64,000 nucleotides of DNA, from positions 756,561 through 820,560 of the forward strand of contig WELB01000013.1 in assembly GCA_009602725.1 (NCBI GenBank), in the 5' to 3' direction. The notes under the pieces are model-generated. The model had not been told where the DNA came from and did not search any database. It worked only from the letters and a program-made list of their open reading frames with translations. Position 1 is the stretch's first letter. Each line of letters starts with the position of its first letter. Positions 40,018-53,700 of this stretch are shown here, one piece after another. A program made the translations under genes and the position numbers. The stretch comes from Spirogloea muscicola. Taxonomy: Eukaryota.

Positions 40018-41224
40018 TCATCTCATGACCTGAGGCCCCACAGTTCCGCGCCCACGCTTTTGCCTGGCACGTCATGACGTCCATGGATGGAAAATTTAGC
40101 AGAAGTATGTGAAGTGAAAGGCGAAAAGACGTGCAAAGGTGCTGGAAGGCGCGGAATCATGGGGGAGGTGAAAAGCAGGGGAGGGAGAAAGAGGTGAGCA
40201 GAGAGCAAGCAGAGGTCGAGAGATATAGTAGAGAGAGGGTGGGTGTAGGGAGAGAAAGGTGTTGTGAGAGGGGTTAGGGGGGATATGGGAGGAGGGGAGG
40301 GAGGGAGGGACGAAGAAGGTAAAGTCATGGCCAGATATGTATGAAGAGGACAGTGTGACTTGAGAAAATGCTTACCGTGCGAGGAGGAAATCCTCCATCG
40401 CCTGGTCGTCCAGCTCCTCCAGCCGGCTTGAGCCGTTGTGTTCGAGTCCTACTGCCTCCTGGTTCGCTTCCCGCCGCTCCTCCCTCCTGCACCTCTTCTT
40501 CGGCCGGTGCTCTCGCCTGCACCACGAGCCACGTGCCGCGTCAGCTCTTGCCACCATTCAGGACGATAGCTGGGCTGCCATGAAAGCCAAGAGTCGTGCA
40601 GCCTTTGGTGCTGTGCCTGTGCGTCGGGGTCTCCACATCGCCGCACTCAGCTCCCGTGATCCGGGGCCGCTTCCTGCCAGATTTGCGTGGATGTCTGCTG
40701 CTCCATCCCTCCTCTTCCTCCTCCTCTTCCTCCTCCTCCTCCTCCTCCTCCTCCTCCTCCTCCTCTTCCTCGCCCTTGCATTCATTTGCTGGCGCGGCGC
40801 TGCCAGCAGCAGTTCTCTTACGCCGCCGATTATAGGCACTGTCCTTCTTGGAAGTCCTCATGGAGCTCTTCGATGCCTTGCTGCAGCTTGCTAGCGGCTG
40901 CTCCTCAGTCTCCACCTCCATGCGGCGCTGCCGCCACATGCTCTCCTCCTGCACCATCCTGTTGACTGCGCCGCTGGCGCAGAGGTGAGAGCCATCACCA
41001 AGGGCTTGAGGTCCAACCTAGGGTTAGGGTTGAGGTCAAAGTTAGGCCTTTGCATAACTTTTAAGACCGTGCACACGAGCGGCTGCACCGTGGACGACGG
41101 TGGCTGGCCCACCTTGCTCAACGCTGCGGAGGGAGGCCCGAAGGAAGCGCGCGTTGGGCCGGCCGCGCATCCGGCGGTTGTCGAGGTCCTCGCCGGCCGG
41201 CCGCCCGGCAGCTGCGGCGCGGGC
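40018..41224 (-). CDS. Uncharacterised charged low-complexity protein; 5' part in gap
   Basis: MRGRPNARFLRASLRSVEQ | VNRMVQEESMWRQR...poly-E...| ...LDDQAMEDFLLAR|QKRGRGTVGP. This resembles a plant motif set RPNxRFL...EMW...FLxSRxKRGRGAVG recalled from memory. One GC-AG intron is needed to keep frame. Confidence 0.6.
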
Positions 41225-41555
41225 NNNNNNNNNNNNNNNNNNNNNNNNNNNNNNNNNNNNNNNNNNNNNNNNNNNNNNNNNNNNNNNNNNNNNNNNNNNN
41301 NNNNNNNNNNNNNNNNNNNNNNNNNNNNNNNNNNNNNNNNNNNNNNNNNNNNNNNNNNNNNNNNNNNNNNNNNNNNNNNNNNNNNNNNNNNNNNNNNNNN
41401 NNNNNNNNNNNNNNNNNNNNNNNNNNNNNNNNNNNNNNNNNNNNNNNNNNNNNNNNNNNNNNNNNNNNNNNNNNNNNNNNNNNNNNNNNNNNNNNNNNNN
41501 NNNNNNNNNNNNNNNNNNNNNNNNNNNNNNNNNNNNNNNNNNNNNNNNNNNNNNN

Positions 41556-41935
<380 letters not shown>

Positions 41936-42174
41936 GGGGGGAGAGGAAGGGCGGGAGAGAAAAGCCCAGAAGAGGAAGAGGGGCGGTGCACGAATAGCCT
42001 TCTGCGCGCACTCTCTCGCGGCGTCGCCTTGCCCCTGCGCCTTCAGTGGCAGCAGCCCGCCCCAGCGAGCCACTGCCGTGCCGGAGCTCGCGGCAGCAGA
42101 GCTGCGGATCCATGGCCATGCGAGGCACAGCCAAGCGCCCGCGGGGGCGGCCGTGACCGGCCGCCGCGCCGGCC

Positions 42175-44872
42175 ATGGCGGGCCGCGTCGGCACGCTGCT
42201 GCCGGATGCCGCCCTCTCACCGAGCGGCAGGCCGCTGCTGCAAGCGGACGAAGTGGAGTGCCAGCTGATCGAGGGCGTCGGCGTGGAGCTCGACCCCGAG
42301 GACGAGGCCGCCAACCTGCGCTCCGGCGTCCTCAGGTTGCGCTCGAGGCATGACCACGGCCAGATTAGCTGAGACGCAAATAATCCTAAGACCTAACCTA
42401 ACCCTAGCCCTGAGTCCGACCTTGACGTACATTGACACTGGAATCTGGATCGACCAAAGAGGAGCAGTGCTAATTCACTACAATTTGGTGCATTAATGTG
42501 CAGCCTTACAACGCACCGCCTTATCTGGATTGGCAACGACGGCCAGGGAGGCCGCCGGCTGGCGTACGAGCTGCCATTTGCGGCAGCGCTGGCCGTGCAG
42601 CCCCAGCGGCGCAACCTGGCCAAGTTCTTCGCCTCGCCGCGCCTCGCCTGCTCCTTCTGGACCGGCGCAGATGGGCGCCTCTCACGCTCCGTGAGCGTCC
42701 CATTCAACAAGAGTCTCAAGGCCGGCTGGCTCGCACTCTTGAGCGCTGGTCATTTATTTGTTGATTAAGGAAACCCTACAACAACCCTGAGCGCCTCTGT
42801 AATTCGGGGCTGTCGTTCGCAGGGGAAGCCTCGCGACAGCCCTCCCTCCGAGGCCTCGCTGTCGTTCGTCTTCCGGGGCCCCGTCCACCCGGACCCGTTC
42901 ATGCAGCGCGTAGCGGAGGTCGTCCAGGCCCGGGCGTGGGCCTCGGCTGCCGGAGCCGAGGCTGCGATCGATGATCGGGCGACGAGCGGTGCGACAGCAT
43001 CCACAGCGCCAGCAACGACGTCGCACAAATTCAATCCAGCCATGGCTGGCGTGTCGGGTATCCTGCTCAAGGAGCAGCGGGAGCGCGAGACGACTGACCG
43101 CAACCTTCACGAGGCATTCAGTGACCTCAGCGCCCTCATGGTCTCCAGCTCCAAACCCTAAAACCTATACATATTGAACCAATTATACAGATAGGAACAG
43201 AGGCTGTTTAGCATCAAGAGCTTGCTGTTATTATAGTGCCAGATTATCTGCGCACTTAGAGGCTGATCGTTGCCGAGTTGCCATTGCGGATGCTGCCGGC
43301 GGCGCAGGTCAAGGCCAAGGACATGGTGCAGCTGGCGGACCGGATGCAGGCCAAGCTTGCAAGACAGACGACCGGCGAGGGCGGCGGCGGCGAAGACGAC
43401 GACTTTGGCGGCTCACGGCAAGACGTGCAAGACTGGCTGCTCTCTGTTGGTATTGCATCGCCCGTGACGCGCGAGTCCGCCGGTGCACTCTACCACCAGC
43501 AGCTCTCCCGCCAGGTACGCCGCTGACAGCATGAGCCTGAGGACTGTACACTCTTGCTGCATGTTTTCTCCTTCATAGCAAATTCTGCTGCTCACGGAGC
43601 ACTTTGTATTCTCATGCTGCGTCAGTGAGGCATTGTTGCTGGTTTCACTGATGTTTGCCTGTGTCGGCTGGCTTGCTCTGCTACTGCACTGCAGCTGGCA
43701 GATTTTGTGAACGAGCCGCTGGCCAAGGCAGGCGGCATGGTGGCGCTTGTGGATGTCTACTGCATGTTCAACCGGGCACGTGGCACAGGTCCTCACCTTC
43801 CTGGACAATGGCTCGGGCATGTATTGACGCCTGCACAATCTGCTGAGCCTTCGATTGAGCATTTCATAATTGCAACATGAATACGGGCTCAGGGCTAGTC
43901 TGCGCTCTTGGCGCAGACTGCCTGCTCAACCAAGGCGGAGCTTATTGAGGATGACGTGCTGAGGCAATGCGCTGTCGGCCAACGGCTCTCGCAGAGCTGA
44001 TATCACCCGAGGATCTCGTCCAGGCGTGCACAATCTGGAGGTCCATTGACATGTGAGTGCTCTGCAAGGGTCATACGCACTCCTATGGACCAGTTCTGGA
44101 GGACCTGAAGAGCGACTCGTGCACTTGTTGTCTGTATTCAGTTGAAGATTGGCACCTGAGCCCTTGATGTCAACACCCTAAGCCCTCCTGACCAAATCTG
44201 TACTGTGCTCAAGAGAGGCTAAGCATCACAAAATGGCACGTTGACTTGACCCTCTCTGCATCTCCCCTGCGCAGGCCCCTGCGGCTTCGCAAGTTTGACA
44301 GCGGCGTCATGGTCATCCAGTCCAAGGACCGCACGGATGAGGAGGTACGTTGAATCGTGCCCCTGGTCAGGCAGTGGGGTCATCAGTGGCCCCCGATGGT
44401 ACTCAGACAAGGCGCCAGCAAGTGCACTGGACATACCTCAATAACGCTTGAACAACACTCAGTAAGAGAGCTCTTTCGGTCACTACCTTCTGGCAATGCA
44501 GGTCTTGGCCCGGATCAGCGACCTTGTTTCGCAGCCTGCTGTGCTGGAGACTGGCATCAACGCCAGCGAGGCGGCGTTTGCACTCAACATGGCACCAGCA
44601 CTTGCCAAGGAGGAACTTCTCCTCGCTGAGAGCTGCGGTGGGGCCATGTCACCATCTCAGGATGCCAGAGCAGCACATTGCTGCACAAATTTGCATAGCT
44701 TGGGCTGCACAATGACTTGGATGCGGGTGTATGTCAAGCTCTGCAGCTCATCACGAGGTGAACAATGCCGCCCCATGTCGCAGGCATTCTGTGCCGGGAT
44801 GACGGCGCTGATGGCCTGCGTTTCTACCAGAACTTCTTCAAGAACGCTGAGATGCCAGCGGCGAGCCCATAA
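42175..44872 (+). CDS. VPS36: ESCRT-II subunit VPS36/EAP45
   Basis: [25 protein letters not shown]...[96 protein letters not shown] at 44870-44872. Confidence 0.95.
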
Positions 44873-44999
44873 CAGCTGGCAAAGCATCCGACCAGTGACC
44901 AGTGGTTGAAAGGGTGCCGCCATCGCAGCAACGGCCAGCCACCTCAGTAGGAGCACTTGGCAGCGAGTGCAGGGTGGTACTGTTGTACAAAAAACTGCA

Positions 45000-45993
45000 T
45001 CAAGCTGGGGGTTCGGTTGGCTGCAGGAATGGATTCTCAATCTCTGACGTCCCATCAGTGGGCGCAAGCAGCATCACAGCTGTCCCTCGGCAGACCTGCG
45101 GAATCACAAGCCAACAAATCTGAGAGGCTTGCCAAGTGCGTACAGAATCCATGCTGATATTTGCTGCCCCCCTTGGCAAGACTTACACAGTGTTGAGGTT
45201 GGCGAGTGGCCTCAACTTAAAAACAGGTGCATGCATCAGCATGTCAAGTGACTGGCTCAGCATTTGCCCGTCTATCTGGAGCCTTGCAGCTCCTGGTGGG
45301 AAGCTGTATTAATTAACGCAGCACCTTCATGGCAGTCAGAGCCAGTGCCTGCAGATAGCCTTGACGGCTTGACGTCAGGAGACAGGGGAGGAGAAGGCGG
45401 CTGTGAGGGTGATAAGAGGTTGCTCACGATGAGGCCGAGGGGCCGCTCCTGCGCTGTGATGGTGAGTGGGTCGTCGGAGTCTGCAACAACGCCGCTGAGA
45501 GTCAGCAGCGATGGGAATGGGCCAGCGCCGAGGTGCTCGCCTCCAAGCGCAGTGAAGGGCAAAGGGTGTGGCAGAGTATACATTGGATTTGCCAGTACTC
45601 GGCAGTGGCCTTGGGACGGCTGCTAGAGCCTCGACATAAGTAGTGCGACAAGTGGCTGTAGCCCATGACTAGCGCTGCTGTAGTAGCCGCGGCGGCGGCG
45701 GTCACCGACATGGGCAACAGCGGCGGCGGCGGCTCACCTCGGACGTTCTCCACGGCCTCGTCCAGCACGAGGTTGAGCAGCTGGTCGTACCCCTTGAGCG
45801 TGCCTGTGACTGCAGCGCCGCTGTGGCCGTAGGAATCAGACGTCGGCAGCGGCGGCGGCGGCTACGGCGGCAGCGGCGGAAACGGCAGCCATGGCGTTGG
45901 CGGCTCACCCTGGCGGCCGCCGCTGAGCTTGACGCAGACGCCGCGGTCCACGAACTTGCCCAGGTCCGCCAGCACCGACTCCTTGCGCCCCGC
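45000..45993 (-). CDS. LSM7: Sm-like protein LSM7; ATG micro-exon not located
   Basis: RKESVLADLGKFVDRGVCVKLSGGRQ|VTGTLKGYDQLLNLVLDEAVENVR|DSDDPL...RPLGLI|VCRGTAVMLLAPTDGTSEIENPF. Confidence 0.93.
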
Positions 45994-45995
45994 CT

Positions 45996-46028
<33 letters not shown>

Positions 46029-47002
46029 ACGCCGCCGCTGCCGTGGTCAGCGCCGCCACCGCCCTGGCGGTGCGCGTGCCTTCCCGGCGTGACACTGGCA
46101 GCGTTGTCAAAAGCCGAGCACCGTCTAGTGTCGGTAAGTGTATCGNCCCGCCTCGGGCGCCGGCCTTCGCGGCAGCGGCGGCGGCGGCGGCGGCGGCGGA
46201 GGCTGCGGTGTCGGTCAAGGGGAGGCCTAATCCCCAAATCCCAAAGCCTGAGCGCCAGAGGTCCCTCAGACAGCAGAACAGAGGCAAAAGCAGACCCGAA
46301 CTAAACGTCAGACCTTCACATTTAACGCCAAATGCTTAGCGACGGCTTGCAACACCCGCATCACCCTGTGAGAGAAGAGAGGCGTGCGGTGCGCATAAAA
46401 TGAAAGGGAGGCCAAATCAAGCCGATACCTCGTTCAGGCAAGAAATGTAGTGCAAAACAAGAGGGCTACATAGAACGAAGCCCTATGCGAAGGTGGCTAA
46501 GGTAACAGTGTGACGATGTGACGATCAGTGAGAAATGACCTCACGGTCGAGCATTGTGCAGGCTCCAAGAAGCTGGCAGCAAAGGTGGTGTTCAGGTTTC
46601 GGGGCTCACGCCTGGGAGCAGGACTCGGCCTCTGCTTTGTGTTTGTGGGGGCAAGGGAAGGTGTCGAACTCCCGAGCGCGTCGGTTCCGGAGAGGGGCCT
46701 GTAAAGCCATTGAGCGGCGGCCGGGGAGGCGGGGTGTTGCGCACTGGGCGGAGGTCTCGGGAGGAGGCCACAGTGCGGCGTCAGAAGTTCGCCTTCGCCC
46801 GGGCGCGGCCCTGGGGCCGACGCCCTTGGCGCTCCTCGCTGGCGCCGCGCCCCTTGGCGCTCGCCAGCTCGCTCGTTTGCGCTGCCTTGCGTTCCAGCCA
46901 CTGCCACACTCAGTCCAACGCGAGAGGCGTGGAAGGGCCAGGCGGCTGTCGTCAGCAGCGGCGGCGGCACTCCCGCACGGCACGCCGTGGCAGCTGAGAG
47001 CC

Positions 47003-48146
47003 ATGGATGGAGGATGGCGGTCCGAACTGACGCACGATGCGCGGGAGCGCATCGTCGGCAGGATGTGCGTGACTGCGCACCCCTTGGCTTCGCTGCAGCC
47101 ACATCCTTGAACCCTAAATTCTGAACCGTGCATTTTTAAAGCCTAAACCCTAAACCCTTTCATTGTCATGCATACTGGAAGGCTCAGGGTCGGCGTCGCC
47201 TTTGCCATCATCCTGACGTGGTCAGCCCTGCCCTGCGTGGGCGCTGCTGAGTGCGCAGCATGGAGGTCCTCCAGAAGGCCGCGCCCTCAAATGGCCAGGA
47301 CGGCATGAGCGACCTGCTCAAGCTGGCGTGCAAGTTCGAGCAGCGCATGTTCTCGGTTGCAACAGACCAGGTCTGGCCCCAAGGCCTCGCCATGCCGGAG
47401 CCATTAGTGAAGGATATGTGTAGCTAATAACAAGCTCAGGAGGATCTGCAGGCGTGTCCATCATGTGATGGCCCCTTGCGTCTCATTGCCGGCAGCCAGC
47501 AATCTAAATCCCAATCAACTACTAACTATCCATTTTGATTTATCTATGGCCGGCATGTTTGCTTGCACGTGCCCTCCTGCCACTCTGAGAATCGCTATCC
47601 CATGGTCAGAGTGACTACCTCCGGAAGATCTCTGTCAAGATGGTCTCGCTGGAGAACAAGGTGCCGCCAGGCCCAGCCCAGGTTCAGGGCGGTCAGGGCC
47701 AAGTGGAGCTGGGAGCGTCTGCCGGCGGGTTGCCAGTCCAAAATGTCATGCCGACGGGCATGTCTGGCGGCCAGATGGATCCAGTTCTGCCCTCATGGAC
47801 TAAGCATTGAGCCCTGCACATGGAGGCGATATTGTTGACCAAGCACATGGATCAATTTAGCAGTTAGGCTACCAACATCACACGGCCTCAGTCAACCTGC
47901 TGCAGTCTGCAAGACGTTTAGCATCAACAGTTCTAGCTATGTTATCAAAGCTAGGGAAGTGCACCACAGACTTGATCACTTCTGCTTTGGCATTAGAACT
48001 CGGATCTAAACCTCAAACCCTAAAAGCTTAAATCCTAAACCGTGGACACTCCTGACCCTGCTGTGTGTGCACATCCTTGCTGCTGATTTACTGCAGCATT
48101 ATGCATGTCTTTTTCCACGCTCAGTCAGACATTTAGCAACATGTGA
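47003..48146 (+). CDS. Mediator subunit 15a-like KIX-domain protein (short or truncated)
   Basis: MDGGWRSELTHDARERIVGR|MEVLQK...LLKLACKFEQRMFSVATDQ|SDYLRKISVKMVSLENK has the form of a plant MED15 KIX domain. The 3' end is uncertain. Confidence 0.7.
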
Positions 48147-48379
48147 GGGTCACCCAAGATCAACCACCTCCGTTGCCACAGCATGATGGCAATGACAGGA
48201 TGACGCTCATGAAGAAGAGAATGAGGACAGTAGGTGGACAAAGAAGAAAGTGCTCGCCCACAGAGAAGAGGAGCTGGCAAAGCCAGCCCAAAAAAGAATG
48301 GACAATGTCCAAAGCCAAAAGAAAAAGGTACCGAGAAAGGACTACACCACAAACCACAAGACTATGCAAAGGGAAGGGA

Positions 48380-48780
48380 CAAAGAAGTCTGTTTGGACAT
48401 TCGATAACCCTTCAAAAGCCAGGGGTGAAATTCTATCCCAAGTTTCCATCCCTTGCAAGGTGCAAGTTATGTAATACCACGTTTGACAGTCTGCACCATG
48501 CGGTCTGCTGATGCATCGGCCTAAGGATGGTCACGTGAAGTGAGCCGATGGTCAATGAACGCTTGGTCGAGTACACGCTGAAAGTCACCCTGAAACACAG
48601 ATCCTTGATCGGTGAGCACCTCGGCGCAAGCTCCAAAACGTGATTACAACTGTTCCAAGAAAGCCTCGGCAAAGTATGTACTAGACTTTCCAGAAATAAT
48701 GACAAGTACAACCCATTCGAAGAAATGATCATTCATGACTACTACATACAGTCGGTGAGGACGCCTATGCAGAGGTCTAG
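48380..48780 (-). mobile_element. Degenerate Ty3/Gypsy-type LTR-retrotransposon integrase core fragment
   Basis: Minus-strand translation VVMNDHFFEWVVLVIISGKSSTYFAEAFLEQL*SRFGACAEVLTDQGSVFQGDF...IDHRLTSRDHP*ADASADRMVQTVKRG...GYRMSKQTSL, with stops. Confidence 0.8.
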
Positions 48781-48829
48781 CCAAATGCAGACTCCACCTA
48801 TACAAAACTGCCTCAATAGGCAATTGATG

Positions 48830-50100
48830 AAGTTGAGGTGACTATCAAGGCAATGAGCCAGGATGGCAAACGACAAGCTCTTGTGCCACCAGCTAAGGCT
48901 CGACCAGCTTTCTGATGCAACGCATGAACCTGAGCTCGCTGCAGACAAGCTGACACTCGGACATCGCAAAAATAACAAATAGGCTGCCGGCATGCCATCT
49001 GGGCTGGAAGCACGTCCTCGCGTCGTGCATATCCCAGACTTGCTATGTTTCTTCTCAAGTAGGGTATGGAAGCGAGGACCCAGGCAGTCAAAGGTGTCTT
49101 TGCGGCTGGTAGGAGGTGATCACTGCGAGGGTAGTCAGAGTGGTGTAGGAGCTTATAAGCAGAAGCAGAAGGAATCTGAGTGTATTTGAAACAAACAAAG
49201 GCCATATGGCCAAGTACAGAGGGAAGCACATCTAAAGACGTACATCATCTACAGCAGATTGACCTGCTCAGTAACCACTGGTCAATACATAAAGGTCGCT
49301 AATCGATGCCTGAATACTGGATGGCAGATACGAAGCCCTTCTGCTACTAACTAGCGAATTTCGTGTACCAACTAGCGCTCGCCCAGCTTTCTGGTGCAAA
49401 GCATTAGCCTGAGCACGCTGCAAACAGGCCGAAACGCGTCGTCGCAAGAACGACAGATATGCAGCTGGCAGGCCCATCTCAGCCGGAAACACATCTGCAC
49501 GTCGTGCATAGCCTAGATTGGCAATATTCTGCAGGAGAGTGTGGAAACGAGGACCATAGCAGCCAAAGATGTCAACTGCAGCTGGCAGGAGCTGATGCAT
49601 TGGGGGTAACCGGAGTAGTGCTGCAGCTTTGTTCTGCACTGCCCACTGCATGGCCAACGATGTGTGTCGATGCTGGACCTTTATACGCCTCAGCAACAAC
49701 CACATCGACCAAGGCCCGTGGACCTCCACCAGGTTGCACGCCCACAATGTCAAGTGGGCCGTACTTCTGCTTGGCAAAGATCCTGCGACTTTCGACATCG
49801 ATTGAGGTGGCGTGACCATCACGCCTTTTGTCGAGGAAGCCACACTTTGATTGTGCTCCACCATGTAGCGGAGGTTGGCTTCAGTGTAGCCGCTGTAAAG
49901 AAGCAAGCGCGGCCAGATTGACTGGTGGCTGGGAGAGGCCAGCCCAAGGGAATGGACAAGGTCTGAAGGAGCCGGAGTGCTAAGGACTGGGACAGCAGCA
50001 AGCGGACTCTCAGTAACGCTTAGTCAGTAGATGCAAGTCTGAAACAGCTAGCAGGCGGAAAGACGTCGAAGCCGCTATAACCCCTGAAAGCGACGTCCAC
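48830..50100 (-). mobile_element. Head-to-tail array of three 5'-truncated CRE-like elements
   Basis: First, AVSDLHLLTKRY* plus hairpin (49900-50100). Second, LDIVGVQPGGG...LLPAAVDIFGCYG...LQRAQANALHQKAGRAL...SDLYVLTSGY* (49268-49880) plus 3' UTR. Third copy at 48830-49170. Confidence 0.8.
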
Positions 50101-50757
50101 CTTGCGCGCGTACTGGTCCTGCAGCGCGGCGGCCCAGCCGTCTCGCCCAGCCGCCGCGCTCGCCGCCGTGTTCGCCGGCGGCGGCGGCGGCAGCGGCGGC
50201 GGCCCACGCGGAGCCGTGGAGGAGCCAGGAGAGGATGCCNNNNNNNNNNNNNNNNNNNNNNNNNNNNNNNNNNNNNNNNNNNNNNNNNNNNNNNNNNNNN
50301 NNNNNNNNNNNNNNNNNNNNNNNNNNNNNNNNNNNNNNNNNNNNNNNNNNNNNNNNNNNNNNNNNNNNNNNNNNNNNNNNNNNNNNNNNNNNNNNNNNNN
50401 NNNNNNNNNNNNNNNNNNNNNNNNNNNNNNNNNNNNNNNNNNNNNNNNNNNNNNNNNNNNNNNNNNNNNNNNNNNNNNNNNNNNNNNNNNNNNNNNNNNN
50501 NNNNNNNNNNNNNNNNNNNNNNNNNNNNNNNNNNNNNNNNNNNNNNNNNNNNNNNNNNNNNNNNNNNNNNNNNNNNNNNNNNNNNNNNNNNNNNNNNNNN
50601 NNNNNNNNNNNNNNNNNNNNNNNNNNNNNNNNNNNNNNNNNNNNNNNNNNNNNNNNNNNNNNNNNNNNNNNNNNNNNNNNNNNNNNNNNNNNNNNNNNNN
50701 NNNNNNNNNNNNNNNNNNNNNNNNNNNNNNNNNNNNNNNNNNNNNNNNNNNNNNNNN

Positions 50758-53700
50758 CGGCGGCCGAGCCGGCGGCGGCCTCCCTGCGGCGCCGCCCCTG
50801 GGCAGCCTGGCGACGCCGTACGCCGAGGTCGCGGCCTTCTACGCCCACTGGCTCAACTTCGTCTCCGTCAAGGACTTTGCTTGGGCCGACGAGTACAACC
50901 TCGCCTCCGCGCCCAACCGCAAGGTGCGCGGACGTCGATGTGGGTTGTGGGCGCTGCCGCCGCCATCGTTGCAGCTGCCATTGTTGCTGTCGTCGAGTGC
51001 AGCATCATGGGGTTCGTCCTGCCTGTGCCGCTGCAGGTCCGCCGCCTGATGGAGGAGGAGAACAAGAAGCGTCGGAGGAAGGAGCGGCGCGACTTCAACG
51101 ACACCGTGCGGCAGCTGGCGGCGTTTGTGCGCAAGCGCGACAAGCGCGTCCTCGAGCACCAGGTTTTGCATCAGCACCTCGAGCGCCGCCAAACTGGCAC
51201 ACCGGATGCGCCGATTGTTGGCTCTCTGCAGGCCGTCGTGCTGCATGAAGTGCTAGACTCCGCCGCCTCGGTCCCTGTCTTGACCCCGTCCAAGCGGCTC
51301 AGATGCTCCCAGGGGCTCGCTGTGGCAGGTCGAGGTGCAGCGCCAGCAGGCGGAGAAGGAAGGCGAGCAGCGCGCCAAGCGGGAGGCTGAGCGCCAAGCG
51401 AGGCTGCTCAAGGCTCAGCAGTATGAGGAACAGGTGTGGAAGAGTGATGGCGATGCGTCCGCTTACTAGAGCAGATGCGGGTGTGGCAGCTCTTGGCTTT
51501 GCTTGACTGGCATGACGAGCAGCACGGCGCCTCTTGCAGTGGACCTGAGGGCTTTGGGCTGCTCGTGTGCAGGAGTGGGCTAAGGCCAGCGAGGAGGACG
51601 ATGACGCTGACATTGGTGACGGCAAAGAGGCTGCATACTGGGACGGGCAGGAGAAGGTCACAAGTGCCGGCCAGGTGGGTTCGCTGCTTCGAGCCCTGGG
51701 TGATGTTGTTGCTTTGGAATCATCAAAAGCTGCACGAATTTAGGAAATGTATACTGCAGGTAGGATGTTCAACCTCTTAACAGGTTTCTGTGCAGCTAAG
51801 TGGTAAAATGATGACTGTGCACAGCAGCAATAGCTGACTTTGTCCGCATGATCTCTCAGTTGTGGACTGCAGTATTGAGCAAGATTTTTGGTCGCTCGTG
51901 TCTTGCAGCTGGGGCAGCCTATGGGAGTTCGGGCTCATTGGCTTGCTGTAAACATGTGGCGCAGGACGCCGTGCAGGAGCTCTACTGCGTCGTGTGCGGG
52001 AAGCGCTTCAAGTCTGACAAGCAGTGGAAGAATCACGAGAAGTCCCGCAAGCACCTGGATAACTTGCAGGCCCTCAAGGTCCAAGGGTTTAACGATTCGT
52101 GTTGCTAGTCTTGAGCATGAGGTCTTTGGTTGCCTTACTGCAAGGCTGCCTGGCATTACAGCGACGAGCTAAAGTTGACGAGCATAGCTTGAACAACAAT
52201 TCGGCAACTCAGATGGACAAGCTAAGACTGAACAGCAATCGTCTGTCCGGTAACATATTCATCATGCGTCGCGTTCGTTATCCGCAGGCAGAGCTGCTGG
52301 CTGAGGAGGAGGGATCTTCTGATGATGAGGAGCCGGCGCCCGACACAGATCAGCCGGTGGCTGATCGTGAGGGAGATGCCTCGGACGCCGCAGAAGAGGA
52401 TGATGATGAGCTTCTTCATGCATCAACAATTAATCAGGTCAAAATTGGAGCAAGTGATGAGCGTGAGCAGGATGAGGACGATGGCAGGCAGGCAGTGGCG
52501 GAGGAGGATGAAGATGACAGGCTGCACAAGGCCTCTAGCGAGGAGGAGGAGGAGGAGGACAACGACGACGCTGTGCTGGTGCGGATGTTGCAGAGCCACA
52601 GGAGGCAGCAAGGGGTGCCCCCGTCAAGCACTTCGATGACGCCAGGTGGAAGAGCTATTACCAAGAGCTCTGACAAGGAAGTCGGTAGTGCTGATCAATT
52701 GCTTGCAGACGCGAGCACACCTAGCCAGCTTGCGCAGAACGGGACTCGGGAGGAGTGCAACCCCAGGGCAACAGACAGGCGTGATGAAGGTGCCGATGCA
52801 AGCAGGTCAGAGGAGACGCAGTCAGCCACGACTGGGAAGCATGTACACTTTGCGGAGGGCGGAAAGGAGAGGGAGGAGGAGGAGGAGGCGGAGGAGGACG
52901 AGGAGGACGAGGAGGAGGATGGTGAGGAGGAGGATGAGGAGGAGGAGGAGGATGAGGAGGAAAGTGGGAGTGAGGAAGATTGTGGTGAGCAGACTGGCAG
53001 CTGTAAGCCCCAGCAGAGTCGCTCGGAAGGGGCGACCAGCCGGGGCGACAAGGTCGTGAGCAGGGCGGAGTCGCCGCTGCGGCCGCCACTGAACGTGAAC
53101 AAGAGCCAGGCACGGCGCCTGGCCAAAGAAGGGCGGCGCAGGGCTGCCGCTCTCGAGCAGTTTGCGGTCCTCAATGTTGACGAGGTCGAGGGCCTAGAGC
53201 TCAGAAAGGTTGGCGGTAGTGGGGACTCCAGAGCTCCTGGTCCAACCTCTCAGCAGGAAGCTCAGTGCAGTGAGAGTACGGACGGCCGAGAAGGGGTTTG
53301 GAGGACGTCGAGAACATCCATGCTCCGGAGGCCAGGCAAGAAGGATGCCTCTGTCCCTTTGAAGCAGCGGGGTCAGAGGCAGGCGCCGTCTGCAAACGGT
53401 GATTCGGGCGTGGAAAGGCCAAGGAAGTCCATGCAGAGCAGGAAGGACAAGGTGTGCTTTAGCGGTGGCTCTGCTGGCATGCACGGCAATTTTTCAGGAT
53501 ATTGAGTTACGGGTTTTGTGTATCAGGTACCATCCAGGCGTTAGAGTTAAGAGAACCTGGAGTTGTCCTGCCTAAGGATCACCTGCAGGCGTGGCCACTG
53601 ACGATTGATGCATGTACTATCATTGGTTTGTTCACCACCTCACTTGGCCTTGTGCGAGCAGGCCGAAGCCCTGGAAGACACCTGCAAGGTTTGCGGCCAG

